Below are positions 1 to 49,394 of a stretch of DNA of 64,000 nucleotides, piece by piece (within the stretch, counting starts at the first letter, position 1; the number at the start of each line of letters is the position of its first letter). The position numbers were made by a program, and so were the translations under genes. Below the pieces are notes generated by a model. That model was not told the origin of the DNA. It ran no database searches and worked only from the letters and a program-made list of their open reading frames with translations. This DNA comes from Phoronis australis (lineage: Eukaryota; Animalia; Phoronida): positions 788,675-852,674 of the forward strand of contig NMRA01000043.1 in the NCBI GenBank assembly GCA_002633005.1. Reading direction: 5' to 3'.

Positions 1-1
1 T

Positions 2-12612
<12,611 letters not shown>

Positions 12613-13332
12613 AGGATGATAACTTTGGCTGTTCATTCTTGAATGAAGTCATTGTATAGACAGAGGGAACTCTTTGTTATTTCAAATCTGGAGAGTGTTT
12701 TAGAAGCTGAAAATGCTACAGTCTACAAAAACAACTGTTCCTGTAGTTGATCCTTGAGGCTGGGATGTTGAATTATGGGATGGAATTGCCGACTCCTTTA
12801 TGAAAATTAACATTTCTGCTCGCAAGCGTCTCGGAATGTCCTGCATTTATGGCATGCACCCTAGTGGCAAATTAGAAAAGGTGGACATTATTTGAGCTTT
12901 TGGACTTGACACAAGTGGTCTGGAAATGATCTGGGAATGGTCCTTAGTTTGTTTGGAAGCACAAGTGGTTCAGTTTGTTTGAAGTCATGGTGAAAATCAT
13001 GAAGAAAATTAATTCTTAATCTTTTGACAACTAACTGAATGTTATTTCAGTGAAATGTCCTCGTTGTTTCACACCTAGATACATAAGTTTACAGCACTAT
13101 ACATTGTGCTGGCTAGTCAGATTTAGCACAAACTATTGAAATGTATTTTATAATCCTGATTTCAAAGTCTACACATTCATAACGACGCTATCATATTTTG
13201 TTGTGACCATGCTACGTAAGATAATGATTTAGATGTGTCTTCCAGGAAGAATTGCAACCATGTTTTTTAAATATTCCAACATTTGTATTCTATGAACATG
13301 CTTGTCCCTGGTTGTGGAACATGTTACATATG

Positions 13333-13338
13333 AATAAA
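13333..13338 (+). terminator. Probable dyskerin polyadenylation signal
   Basis: AATAAA about 720 nt after the stop, followed by a GT/T-rich tract. Confidence 0.6.
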
Positions 13339-14186
13339 GCATGTATATTTTAGTGTACTGATCTGTGTTCTGTTCTTATGCCAACTTGTCACCACGTGTG
13401 TCAAGCAGTTACAGCTTCATAAAGGACATCTCAAAATACATGCAAATCAGGCTACTCCAAGAGTTCTGTCAATATGGGAGATATTCTCAAGTTTCAAATT
13501 TTGAATAGGGCAGGCAACAATAGTTCTTGATCAAATTGTGTGGGACTAGAGTAGAGAAATTTTCCTTGCTTTACATTTGGAAACGAAATTATTTGATGTC
13601 GTGCAAAGCAAAATTCATGGTAAGTTTGGCTTCTATAGGATAGTGGCAGAGCCACCAGGGTAACTGGCATAAATATGTCCTAATTTATTGTTCAAAGATG
13701 TTCTTCAGGCTATTAAAAAAATTCATTTGTTGACCATATATAATGTATGAAATTGGTGTATTTCGTACATCACTAAATGGGTTATTGTATGAAAGGGCTG
13801 GCATAAGAATACAAATAAGTTGTCAGCTAGTTAGACTCCAGCTAAAAATGACTGGAATCTGTCAAATGACTTGCAAAGTTGTACTTAGCGAGAAGAAATT
13901 GACAGGAAGGTGTACGAGTGTGTGAAGTATCGCGGATTTCTTACATTCTGCAAGTTTTATAAAGCTGTGGGTTAACTAAACAACTTGAAATGTCAATTAA
14001 AATCCAAAATTCCTGCATTTCTATATTCTTTGTAGTGTGCTTGGCTGAGCCTGTCAAGGCAAAGCCAGTGTGGCTAGGGTGTGGCATTAAATGAACATGG
14101 TTTCCCAATGCTTAATAACATGGTGTATTCAGGTATTACAATTGGTTGATGTTGAGAAATGCCTTGCCTTTGCTCATTTCACACAT

Positions 14187-15488
14187 TTTTGTGCGCCCAC
14201 ATACTTATGTGTGGTCGCATATTGCCATCATCTCTGTCCGGGCGTCTGCGGCTCTATCTCCTAAGTCCCTTGCAGGTTCGTATTAAAATTTGGCAAGTGT
14301 GTTCCTATGGGGTTGACAACAGAGGGCGACGAGTTTCAGAATGACCCAAATACCACTGTGCCCCCTGGTGGCAATTTTATTTTTTTACGTTTGCCTCTGT
14401 AACTTCAAAGGTCTTCAACCGATTTTCGTGAAATTTAGTACATAGGTATCTATTAATGAGTTGACGCCGTCCTCTTGTTTTCGGATGGATTTGATGCATT
14501 TTGCGCCACCTAGTGGCCATTTTTACTGTTTTCAAGTTGTTTTTTGGCGTCCGCCCCTCTAACAACCAAACCACTTGAAGGATGATTGTGAAAATTGGCA
14601 TGTATGTGCTTACTATGAAGAGGACGGTTGGCGAGGATTTTGCGACAGATTTCAACTACTGTGGCGCCTCCTAGTGGTAGTTTTGTTTGTTTTTGCGCCC
14701 ATGCCTGTATCTCCTAAACGTTCTACAGTATCTTTATTAAATTTAGCAAATGTTTTTATATAAAGGTGACAACGGACGACGACGACCTTCGAACAGATCG
14801 GTGTGTCCCCTAGTGGCAGTTTTAGTTTTTTACGTTTACCTCTGTATCTTCAAAGGTGCTCAACAGATTCCCATAAAATTTGGCACATGGACATGTGTTA
14901 GTGAGGTGACAGTATCCTCCCGTTTTCGTATGAATTCATAGTTTGAGCCACCTAGTGGTCATTTTTGTTGTTTTCGAGTCTTTTTTTGGCGTCCGTTCCT
15001 GTCAACCTAACCTCTCTCAGGATGAATGTGGAAGTTGGCATGTATGTTCTTTCTATGAAGAAGATGGTTGATGATGATTTTCCGATGACTTCGAGTACTG
15101 TGGTGCCTCCTAGTGGCAGTTTTGTTTTTTTGCACCCATACCTGTATCTCCTAAGCCCTCTGCAGGATCTATTAAATTTAGCACGTGAATTTATATAGAG
15201 TTAAGAAAGAGAAGTTAATGACTTTTAGACGGAACTGACGAACACTGTACCCCCCTAGTGGCAATTTCATTTTTTTCGTTTCCTCTGTTTCTCTGAAGTT
15301 CCTCGACAAATTTTAATGAAATTTGGTAAATGGCTTTCTTTTAAGGAAACATTTTCTGGTTTTCAGACGGATTCGATGTATTTTGCACCATCTAATGGCC
15401 ATTTCGATGATAAAAACAAAACCCCCTAAAAGCACACCATTTGCAATGCATTTGTGGGTGCATTTCAATGGTCCGCGTTGCTCTTGTA
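14187..15488 (-). mobile_element. Interspersed family A (HINE-like, internal ~147-bp subrepeats), intergenic copy
   Basis: Ends gcgcccac and gcgttgctcttgt are the reverse complement of the ends of copies at 27978, 35978 and 59304; eight subrepeats with cctagtggc-like cores. Confidence 0.8.
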
Positions 15489-18400
15489 GTTTTTTCTCAC
15501 TCTAAGCGAAACAACGGTGAATAAAACTACGTACTCTTCCGGCTTATTTTTGTACCACGTTTCCGACTGATGCCCACAGGCAGATTGCTGTGGGTTGTTT
15601 TCACTACTGAGTAGACAGTACTACTGTCTTGAATGGCCATAGTGGGCAGCCATTTAAGAATGTGGTACTGTTCATCTCTAAAGATAGTGCCGAGAGAGGG
15701 TAAGCAGCTACACTGGCCCTCACGTACATTGCATAATTTCGAGTATCCCTCTACATTACAGTAAAATTTCAAGAGCACAATTTCCTCACACCAGATCCAA
15801 CCAAGCAGTTTTGTCAGAAGCAAAACCCCACGTCAGAAGACCCAAGTTATAAAATAGGCCGACTTGTGCATGTATATTGTGGTGAAAACGCGCTCTGTCC
15901 AACAAGCATTCCTTTGATTCAGACCACGGATAGAAATGTCTCTACTTGCTCCTTGCTTGATTTCTGGGTTTGCGAAAGACTAACCATTAGTTGATTTATT
16001 TAAGATATGTTTGACGAACAAAATTCCATGCCACGACTAGCCAACTTGTAGAGCCCTGTCTCTGGAAATAATGAACTGAATTTTGAAAGCATGAAATCAC
16101 CAACTACACTAAGGAACGAACAGTTTGAGACCTCTTTCATATCGGTAAGTGGTCAAAACTAACGACTGGATTTTGTGATAGAAGTCAGGATTATAGCCAC
16201 TCTACTAAAAATGTTTTTGTGAAACCAAACGAGGGTATCTAGTTTTTTTGATTCAGACAGTGTGACGGGAACCCTTGAGTAGGCCTACAGTTATTTGTAC
16301 ATTACTATAAAAGTATCGCCAATTCTAAATGAGGTCATATTGCATTATATAACATATGTCATTGTGCTAACCATCGTGGAGATAGATGGGTGCAAATAAA
16401 GACCATTTTCAAACTTAAATTAAGACCAAGAAATGCATTTTACTTTGTATTAAAAGACTGCATTGATATACAATTGTATACATTAGTCAATTGTGCTAGA
16501 CTTTGATCATCTCGTAAAATAATGTCTACGTACATTGTTCGACTACCAATGCGTGATCGGGGCCACAGATTTCATACAAGGCAATTTAATAATTTAAAAA
16601 ATCTTCAAGGTAAACTAACTTCAGTGAACCTTTCTAAGCACCGTGATCCTTTCACTACTACTAAAATATAGTCAAAATTAAATTAATCACACCATACCAA
16701 ATGGCATCAAATCAACCTTCCTACACATAACAAAAATATGCCACACACCTTTAAGCCATGACAAATTGAACTTCCTTTGCTAACAAGTAGTGCTTCTATT
16801 GAATGGCTATCTACAAACAATACTGCATTGACAGCAAAATCTGTTCAATGCTTTTACCAACCTATGAACACACCAAGCAAATGTTTCGAGTTATTAACTC
16901 TATTGGGTCGAGTCGCATCCTTTTAATGTTTTTCAAGCAAAGCACTTCAGATGCCACACTTTAACAGTAAGTCAATCATAAGGAACAGCAACAAGGTCAG
17001 TGATAGGATGACTAAACCAGCAACTTGCAACAGAAAAAAATAGTGAACTCTCATTTTCCTAGAAGTATATTGTGTAAAATTGGGAGTGTTAACTCAACAT
17101 GGCAAAAATTCTTAATTACTGTACAGAGCTTTTTATTGAGTTTTAATGGCTGGTATTGAATGAGACCACACCACAATAGAACTACGTTATTCCTCAATTA
17201 ACATATGCTTTTTACAAGAGGCAACGGCATGAAAAATAATACCAGCGCCCACTAGCAGATAAACTAATAACTAATGTCAAGGTTCACAGGGAGCGTTTCA
17301 CCTGTGATCATCTTCAGGATGTTGTGTGAAAAAGTGGTACGCATTGCACAAACATTAACATCATGTCTGATTAATGGCTAAACGATGTTAATTGGCAAAA
17401 AACACCACAACACCAAATACAAAATATAAACTATTATGAAGAATCAAGACTTAGGCAAACGAACACAGTAATGCTATGCACAAGCTCATATAACTGGCTA
17501 CTAATGGTTGCAAAAGAATTTGGCTAAAAATCTTTGAAGCAAAGCTACCACAAGGTGAGGCAATGTAAAGTCGTTAACTATTGAACACCTTATTACGGTT
17601 GTCACAAGTTTGTTCTTAGGTGATCTAGTCGAGTCATCATACATGGAAGTTACATCAAAGGTTCTGTCACAACCTACAGTTGAATCCAGAATGAGATGGA
17701 ATTCTCCCAAAGTTTACATTTTATAATGCAACCTTCAAATGAATTGTTTGTACTAGCATCACAAAATCCTAAGTAAGCAGATGTATATCAACCCGTTTTA
17801 CAGGTCACAAGAAATGGAGGGTGGTCGAGAAGACGTTTAACAATTTAGTGAGCTCACAGTACATTGTGACGTTAGCTCTCACCACACAACAATTGTGCTA
17901 TTTTTCCAAAAACATTCAAATCTGAACTCCGAGCTTCTCATTAACAATGCTTTCGTAAAACAAATGCAGCAAATTGTCACATCAAATTTAATTACCATGG
18001 TTATTTATGACTTCTCATCCTAATATAGCGAGATCATCACTAGAAGCACATGCTAATGAGCCCATTAACATAATCACAAGCACACGGTCATATCTCCAAC
18101 ACAAGTTGGTAGTTATAAGCATGCATCTGCCTATATAAAGCATATGTTAATTTCACAACCACAGGTTCATAGTTTTAAGCACAGTTTATCTGCTTCTTAA
18201 TCATGCCGTACAAACCAGCAACAAACTCTCACATCAAGATCAACACATGACCTTCCAAAAACTATTTCTAGGAAATTCAGCATTGAACATATCCAATTAT
18301 CATGAGTCCATGCTTAACAAATGTCAATGAGTGACATAAACCTAACGTGTCACTCAACCTATGCGAATTGGGAAGCTGCACCACTGACTCAACACACTTC

Positions 18401-18719
18401 AAAAGCAAAATGTAACAATGACAAAGTAAAAATATCAATAAAAGTTGGCCCTTAGAATAAATGAACAATCGCTGATGATTTAAAAGTATTCTCACCCGAC
18501 CCTGTCATATCTAGCGCACTTATTATTAAAGATCAAACTGAGGCTATTAACCCCACTTTTTACTTCCCTGTTTCACAAATAAACAGGTATGCGAAATTAT
18601 GCTTCTTTTACGATCACTGATTTCAATGGAGGTCAGCAGCAGTGACTGACCATCAGGCCTTGACCATAATGAACATCTGACTATCAGAATGACAGACAAG
18701 TTGGTGATGGGAATGCTGT

Positions 18720-41694
<22,975 letters not shown>

Positions 41695-42835
41695 CTGAAG
41701 ACAACAGTAGAATCAAAGGTTACATAATAAAAGGACAAGTCAATGACAGCAAGATGATTCAACATGGCAGTCAGCCCTCAAAAAACTGGATGAGCCAATC
41801 TGAACATAAAAGTGGTAAAGTACAACAACTGTTTGATGACTTAGCTGACTGTTTTGAGGTAGTTACTTGTGCAATTTGTACTTGATCAAGTTGTAACGTC
41901 ACATATGACAGTAGCAACAATAAAGTGAATCAGCTAACCACTTGCACAGTTCAACTGAGATGAACACTTTTGGCTTCATTCTATTTCTCCTTTTTACTTA
42001 GCCATCAGTAGTAAATATAGGTCACGTGAACATTCAACTTATCAAACGCAAGGTGAATTCACGGTCAAGTTCCTGATGTGATACTCCTACAGAAAAGGTG
42101 TACAGGACATTCTGCTTAGATGGTGACTTTTTCATTACCAGTTACGCAAGAGGACCTTTTCTGATAAAATTACCCATGAAAAGGTGCTTCTCCTAATTCA
42201 ATTCTTACAAGAGTTGAAATTTTACAAAACAAACAGAACTGCTTTTAATATAGCTGTTTCTAACTTTTGTTGCAAAGGATGTACATGAACTAATGTTTGA
42301 TAATGTGGCAGTGAACCTAATCTCTAAATGGCTGAGAATCTTTACTTCCCAGATGTAAACTCCACCTCCCCTTCAAAACTATAGTCAAGCCAATTAGGCG
42401 CATGTGCTCAATTACAGAATTATACCTTATTGGAGTTTGAACAGTAATAGTTATCAAGACGCATCGTTTCTAAGCTTAGAATTCAACAACGTTGAAACAG
42501 GTAACTGACTCACTACGGTATGATTGGCAAGGGGACAAGGAACTTCAAGTAGTTGAGTTTGTCACACAAATTATGCAGCTCAGGATGAATCAGTTGGTGG
42601 CACATATGGTGCTTATAATGTTTAACACATCTGCTGATAAACCACATGATTTTCATCAAATGCATGATCTGGGAACAATTCTCAATAATGATAATGTATG
42701 GAATGATATACAATCAAACTAATGAATTGTTATTCTCAACACATGTCAAAATACACAAGAGCTACACCTTGGTAATTGATCAAGAAGAGATGATCCAAAG
42801 GTATGGCCTAGACATGTCAATCTCACCTAAATCAC

Positions 42836-43050
42836 GGAGATAGTGTGGCTCAATGGTTTGAGCTTTGGACTTGGACTTTCATTTAGGAGTCCGGGGGTTC
42901 AAATCCAGGCTTTACTGGCAGACAATCGAGCATGACACAAAAGTGTGTGCTACTCCTCTGAGCTCGGTCTTAGTAGTGAGTGTACGAAAGTGAGTGTACG
43001 GGATAATTCAATGCAAAAGCGGTTTCTGGGAGTGTGTTAAATTAATATTA
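42836..43050 (+). mobile_element. tRNA-derived SINE
   Basis: Pol III A box TGGCTCAATGG 42846-42856 and B box GGTTCAAATCC 42896-42906; no clean cloverleaf; AT-rich tail. Confidence 0.6.
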
Positions 43051-45361
43051 AAAAATCTCCCAAATATTACCTTCTTACACTACAAGAACTAGAATTAACT
43101 GAATACGGTAAAAATCTCCAGTTTGGGAGAGTCAAAATTTAATTACTTTGCTCAAGGTAGAAGCATGTACCAAATTTTAGGAAGCATCAATAATTGCCAC
43201 TCGAAATTCAAGAACTACCAGAAGGTGAAAAATGAATGTTGCATTGTCAGCCATTTTTATCTCAGATTCAGTGTTTGATATTTGAAAAATATAATGAAGG
43301 CCGAATTAATCCATGTCCCACTCTTCAGCCTAGAATCAAGAAAATTCAGTGCTAAAAATTTCATTGACTGTTCCAAACTAAAGAACTTTTTTGAATGAGC
43401 AAGCTAATAGACCTACACCAGGAAAATGTCAACATCTTAGGACATAATATGACAAGTGAGATTTTATTGTTCATTCAAGCACCCAATAAAGACTTCATCA
43501 TTGTCAAGTTAAGCATTAGGCAATTTTTTGACAAACTATGAGTATTGACATCAATGTAGGGCTTTGAAAAATACAAAAACCCGTTGTTGTACAAAACTGA
43601 TGAGTTTTCACCATGATATTATGTAGATTAAATTATTTCATCATTTCATGTCAGCCTAAATCAGCAAGCCTCCATGGCCCATTTCTGATTCAAACTAAAC
43701 ATCACAGCAAGGAAGGATACCTGAGGAACACCTGATGACCAACAGACTGACACACATACAGACTTCAGCAAAACACAACACACCCTGAAACAGGAGAACT
43801 CCAGTCTCTACATAGGAGTCAGGTTACATCCATGATTCTATTATGGCCATAAACTGATATAATTAAGTCTACAATCAATTCAAAGTTCTGACATCTTCAC
43901 CACCCAAAGAACACGTCCATAGTTGCGAAAAACCTTCCTGGAGATCATGCGCACTACAGAGCAGTCATAGGCAAAGCAAATATGTCCGGAGTACTGTTAC
44001 GCAAAAACATTAAGTTCACACAGTAGGTGAGACAACATAGACAATGGGTGGCATGAAAGTCACTAGGTGGCGCTAGCGAGACAACGGTCCTATCTGCACA
44101 AAAGCATACAATAGTATTTATCCTCAGCCCACGACACCCCCATGACTTATTTTCTGCTCTCATATTCAGGTGTTAAAAGGGAACCTTTATACATTAGCGC
44201 CACCTGGTGACCATTGCTTCGCTCATTCATATTCTGACTTAGTATCATCCTGTCATCATTACTTTGCCCAATGGTTTCTTTACATATTTACTAACACTTG
44301 CACTCTTTTGCATTCAGTCACATCCATTTACGAAAACGTCAGAAATTGCTATCTCCATTGTCAAAAATTACAATTTGCTGTGACAGTAAAACATATTCTG
44401 GCATCATTTCTAATCTGAGTTGGAACGAAATCAGACAACTTTACGCCCCATCTTCCTGAGGGCAATTGGTCTAAGCGCAAACCTGCAGACAAGGTAAAAA
44501 TAATTACCAACTGGGATAAAAGAAAAGTTGGAGTTTGACAGATTTGACACTGTTTTAGCAGCCTATATTGCCTTACATATGACTTCCACAGCTGTACATA
44601 ACAACTCCTGGAAAACAAGTATCCAAAGTGAAGGTGTGAAGATTTACCAAAGATAAAGCCACTTTACAAACAACGAGATTGGTAGCAAAAGAAAGTATTA
44701 CCTGTCTATAAAAAGGTGCTCTGCGCTTGGACAAAAATACGGTTTCACAGATCAAAGCCATGCTGCAATCGGTATGACAGCTAAATCAGCTGTTCATATG
44801 ATGCTACACAATGATTACCAAGCAAATTAACAAAATTGATTTATCTCACTCAGATAAATATAGACAAAGCCACGGCAAAACCAGAAAAATGACATTTTTA
44901 AATGCACTATGGTGTTTAAGTAAATAGGTATGTAAGAGGCTGCTTGCACACAATGTAAACATGATTAATACGACCAAGTAAAGTCCCCAGCAAATTCCTA
45001 GAACATAATCAATAAAAAAACAATCACGAATGCAGACTCCCTGAATCGATTCGAATTTCTCCGATGTTCAGATGCAAAACACAGTCAGCAACTACAAATT
45101 TTAATAATTCAACTTGTAAACAGAATAGACCGTAAAAGACATTCAAACTTTTGAAGGACCTTTTTTACTAACTTTTATACTTTTCATTCAAACATAGACA
45201 TGTCAAAGTTTTGGGGATTGTTGCCAGTGTGAAATGTTAACTTCAAACTTGGATTTTGAAGTCGTAAGTTATCTTCACAGTAAATAGCAGTTCTTAACAG
45301 TGGTGGATCGACAGTTCAACTCAGTGTGAAAGATTAACTTCAGTATCAACAGAGCTATTGA

Positions 45362-47134
45362 TATGGGCGGCATTTTATACAAAAAACATCAATTGTACAC
45401 TTCAATTCCAACTGCACAACAACGCAATCTCATCTTGCGCATTCAATGCTATTACATCAATTCAATCCACACTCGTGGATTCCATATTGTGAATTCAATG
45501 CTGTTTAGTGTATTCTAACCTGTTTTGTGAATTCAATGCTTTTAAATCGATTCTATTTTGTCTATCGCATCACATCCGTGTTTGTTGTGAATTCAATCCC
45601 TTTTCATGAATTCAATCCACTTTCGTTGATCCCGTTTCATCAATCTTAGTGTCGTATGGGCGAAAATAATAACTTTGTGTATTCTAACCTGTCGTGAATT
45701 CAACCCTATTTTGTTGATTATGTTTCGTCAATCCAAGCGGTCTATGAACGAAACCAATGTGTTGCATGTGCTGTCAAATATCATTGGTCCTTTGACCGAT
45801 GCAGTTGACCAGCTGCAAAATGTCAATAACCAGCCTAATACACAATCCCCGACCCAGCAGATTCTGGCCGCTACTTCGGCACTGAGGGACTCTACGACGG
45901 AAAACTTAGCGTCAACTTTTCTTTTTTTAATTTATTATGAAATATTCAGTACAAAAAATATACGTACCCAGAAAGCGCCAAGAGGCATTGTTTCTGGGTT
46001 AAATACATACAAATAAATCTAATTATTATACACAAATACACAAAGACATATGATTATGAATGTAAATAAATCATTTTCATACACAATAAGTTATTTTACA
46101 TGTATACAATTTTATTGACTCACAAAGAGATTTAATATTAAAAAGAAATTTTGATACTACTTCAAATAAGAGCTTATTTTCACTTGGGTCGAGTTCTTTA
46201 CATCCATTAGAAAAAACTAATTTTGTTAAACACTTGAGGACCATCTGAATATTTTTTGTAAACATTGGGGTATTGTTCGAGTGTCTGGAAAAGCTGTACC
46301 CTCTGCTCCCCGCACATCGCACAAGTAAAGAAAACAACTGATGCGAAATCCACTAGTGCCTCCGGCTCCACCGTTGTTTCAGGCACCGCATGTGCACCTG
46401 GCAACATGATAAGCACTTGTGTGTTTCCAGTTCCATTAGTGATCTTGTTCGTGTTAAAGTTTTGTCAAACCAGTTTAAAAAAACACTCACAAGTAGATCA
46501 CAGGCAAGAAATGTCATAAACCAGACGGGAAGTTTCTGCCTATAAAAAGGGATTTACTCCGAGGTGTCTTCATTAAATTAACGTATATCTGACAGCCTCC
46601 GCCTATTCACTAATACACATTATTCGTGCGTGACAAGGGTAAAACTGCATCTTCTATCCCTGAAACATCCAACATTCTCTGAAGCAACTGTACAGGAAAC
46701 CATCATCGAACTGTTGTGTTTCTCAAAGATGTGGTCTAAAAGTTTCTATTTCGAGAGTAAATAGTCTTGTCGTCGACATCTCCAGCTGGTGGTTATCGCC
46801 TAAGAGCATAATGTCCTTTCTCATGCGCATGCGCACATGTGAGATATTAGTTGTGTCATTAGGCTGCCAGGATTGACGAAACAGAATCGACGAAACAGGA
46901 TTGAATTCACAACACGATAGGATAGACAGAACAGAATCAATTAAACAGCATTGAATTTAGTAAACAGGATAGAAAAAACAAAACAACATTGAGTTCAGAA
47001 TGTTGAATCCACCAGTGTGGATTGAATTGATGTAATAGCATTGAATACACAAGATAGGATTGAATTGTCGAATCCAGTTCATTAAATGGATTTGAATATA
47101 CAATTTGGTGTTTTTGCAGAAATGGCCCTACATA
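45362..47134. mobile_element. DNA transposon-like element with long degenerate inverted ends
   Basis: tatgggcggcattttatacaaaaaacatcaattgtacac is the imperfect reverse complement of atatacaatttggtgtttttgcagaaatggccctacata; gaattcaat repeats on the left and attgaatt repeats on the right. Confidence 0.6.
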
Positions 47135-47220
47135 TTTCAGCCGCACTCAACAACAGCATATGTTAAGTTATTATTTGCAATTATTTTACTCAAATATTTA
47201 CCATTCTATTACTTTAAGTA

Positions 47221-48667
47221 CCGTATTCGCACTAATAAGCATCCAGGGCGCTTAGAAAAATTCGCTTCAGGAAGGAGGGCGCTTATTATAGCCCAAAAGT
47301 GGTTGAAACCCGCTCTCCAAAACAGGTGAAATTGTAAGCAAGAATTCATCAAATTTACACTCTGTGATGCATCTGTAACCTATGACAGAATTTCTACAAA
47401 ATTACAGTGCGTTGTTATCAAACTTTATTCAGAAAATCCCAGTGTGAAAACTCGCGAACTGATGCATTGCTGCTTCGCGTCGCCAATAGGTCAACTTAAA
47501 TTCTTGAGTAAAAATATAGTTTCGACTCAACAAATTACCTGAAGTCCTCCTAAAGTTTTCAAAATAGCATCCCTAAGATTTTTAAATTCCTGTGGAGTTG
47601 GGATTAACTGCAGATTTAAGTCTAAATCTGCGCTAGATTGTACTCCGCAAAACAAGAAAAATCTCTGGACGAACACACATGATGTCACGTGATGTTTGTT
47701 TTGAAGTTCGTCTGTGTATTGTGTGAGAGAGCCAGCACGTGCGTGTCATCAGAGTTCATCTGCCAGAGTAAACACGATGTAACGATCTAGGTGTGCATTG
47801 TAACTAAGGAAATAAACACAAGCAGTAAAGCAGAATGTATTTTATTTAGCACTTGTAGCAAAAAAACGTTCGAGAATTGTTTCGGTAAGGCCGATGTCAT
47901 TGAGTCGCCAGGTGACTTGGATGCATGACAGTCTAACAGTTATTCGGGTGGTGTTAGGGTGCGGACGTGATTACTATCGGTGGGTCATTTTGACTTTATA
48001 ACACCAATTACGACTAATTTAATAATGCCCCCTTAAAAATAATGCAAACGTTTATATGGTATTAGAAACTTTCGGAAATAAGTGCCAGTATTTATTTCTT
48101 GCCGTTTCATGAATATATAATTCCCGAAGACTAATCTTCGATGGCCGTCATCTGGCAGATTCTTGAATGTAGCACGCGCTTCCTAGCCACGTGGTTTTAA
48201 GTGAACAAAGGTCAAATTTTTATTAGTATTCGATTCGCGGTTTTTACGTGTACAAAGAGATTTGGATTCCTGTTGAGGAAGAAGATCTGTACAGGAAAGA
48301 TACAATACAATCCCGTTGACAAGTACGCTGCGTCTGTTCTGAAAGGCCATACCATAATAGGACACGTCCCTCACAAGATCAGCAAAACTTCAGCGCTCTT
48401 TTTGAAGCATGGCGGAAGTATGAAGTGTATAGTCACTGACATAGCAGCGAGGCTCGTGGTCTACAAATTCCGAGCACAATGATTCTTTCAGAACTGTCGC
48501 ACCTTATTGATCAATTGAAGATGTAACTGTAGAATTTTAGAACTGTAGGTAAGGCATTTTTCGCATGTACACAACGTTCATGAACTGGGTGCTTATTTTA
48601 GCTAACTAAGTCTGAAAAAGCGTGGGGGCGCTTATAGGGGTATGGTCACTTATTTGGGTGAATACAG
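47221..48667 (+). mobile_element. pogo-like non-autonomous element with HIRAN-like cargo, copy 1
   Basis: TA|CCGTATTCGCACTAATAAG ... CTTATTTGGGTGAATACAG|TA; homologous to 57032-58089. Confidence 0.75.
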
Positions 48668-49219
48668 TACCTAATTACTTGGTGAAATATAAGTACCTGA
48701 CCCGTTTCATTAATTTATTATAAAAAATTCACAATTTTACATAAACCCAAAAAATACACAGGCATAACATAACTTCAATAATCCACCATCAGACCATCGA
48801 CTAATGCGATAACTTCAGTGTCCCTCAACTATTGTAAACCATCTGTAAGGTTCAACTAACTTGACAGTTTACATAGACATTCTTCTTGTACAGGACTTAA
48901 AGTGATAGGTTGAAAGCTAATTTGTTATTTTTAAGTTTTATTAATAAAGGTTACTTGAGAAACAAGAATTTTTATTATTTCATTCTGTAATATAATTCCG
49001 TTTAAAAAATGTTTCCATTTTCCCTCAAAATTCTGAGACCAAGAAAATGTCAACCTCTGCGGTTAGTCATCAAATCAGAGTGACAAGTTCGTAGGTGGAG
49101 TATCTACATTGTGATGTACCAAAAGTTCTGGTGTTTCTTATGAATTTCAACCTATTTGTAATTAAATTGGCATGGGCATTTGAAGAATGCCAGTGTTGTG
49201 GAAATTGTGACAACACACC

Positions 49220-49394
49220 AGGGCTGGAGTGTCTGTCCACATATTGCTCACTGATCTTAGACAGGGCTGGGGTGTCTGTCCACATATTGCTCACTGATCT
49301 TAGACAGGGCTGGGGTGTCTGTCCACATATTGCTCACTGATCTTAGACAGGGCTGGGGTGTCTGTCCACATATTTCTCATTGATCTTAGACAGC
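49220..49394. repeat. Minisatellite, 43 bp x4
   Basis: Unit gggctggggtgtctgtccacatattgctcactgatcttagaca. Confidence 0.93.

Noticed and set aside
42836-42910. tRNA gene
   Set aside because: A and B boxes are present but there is no acceptor or anticodon stem; better explained as a SINE head
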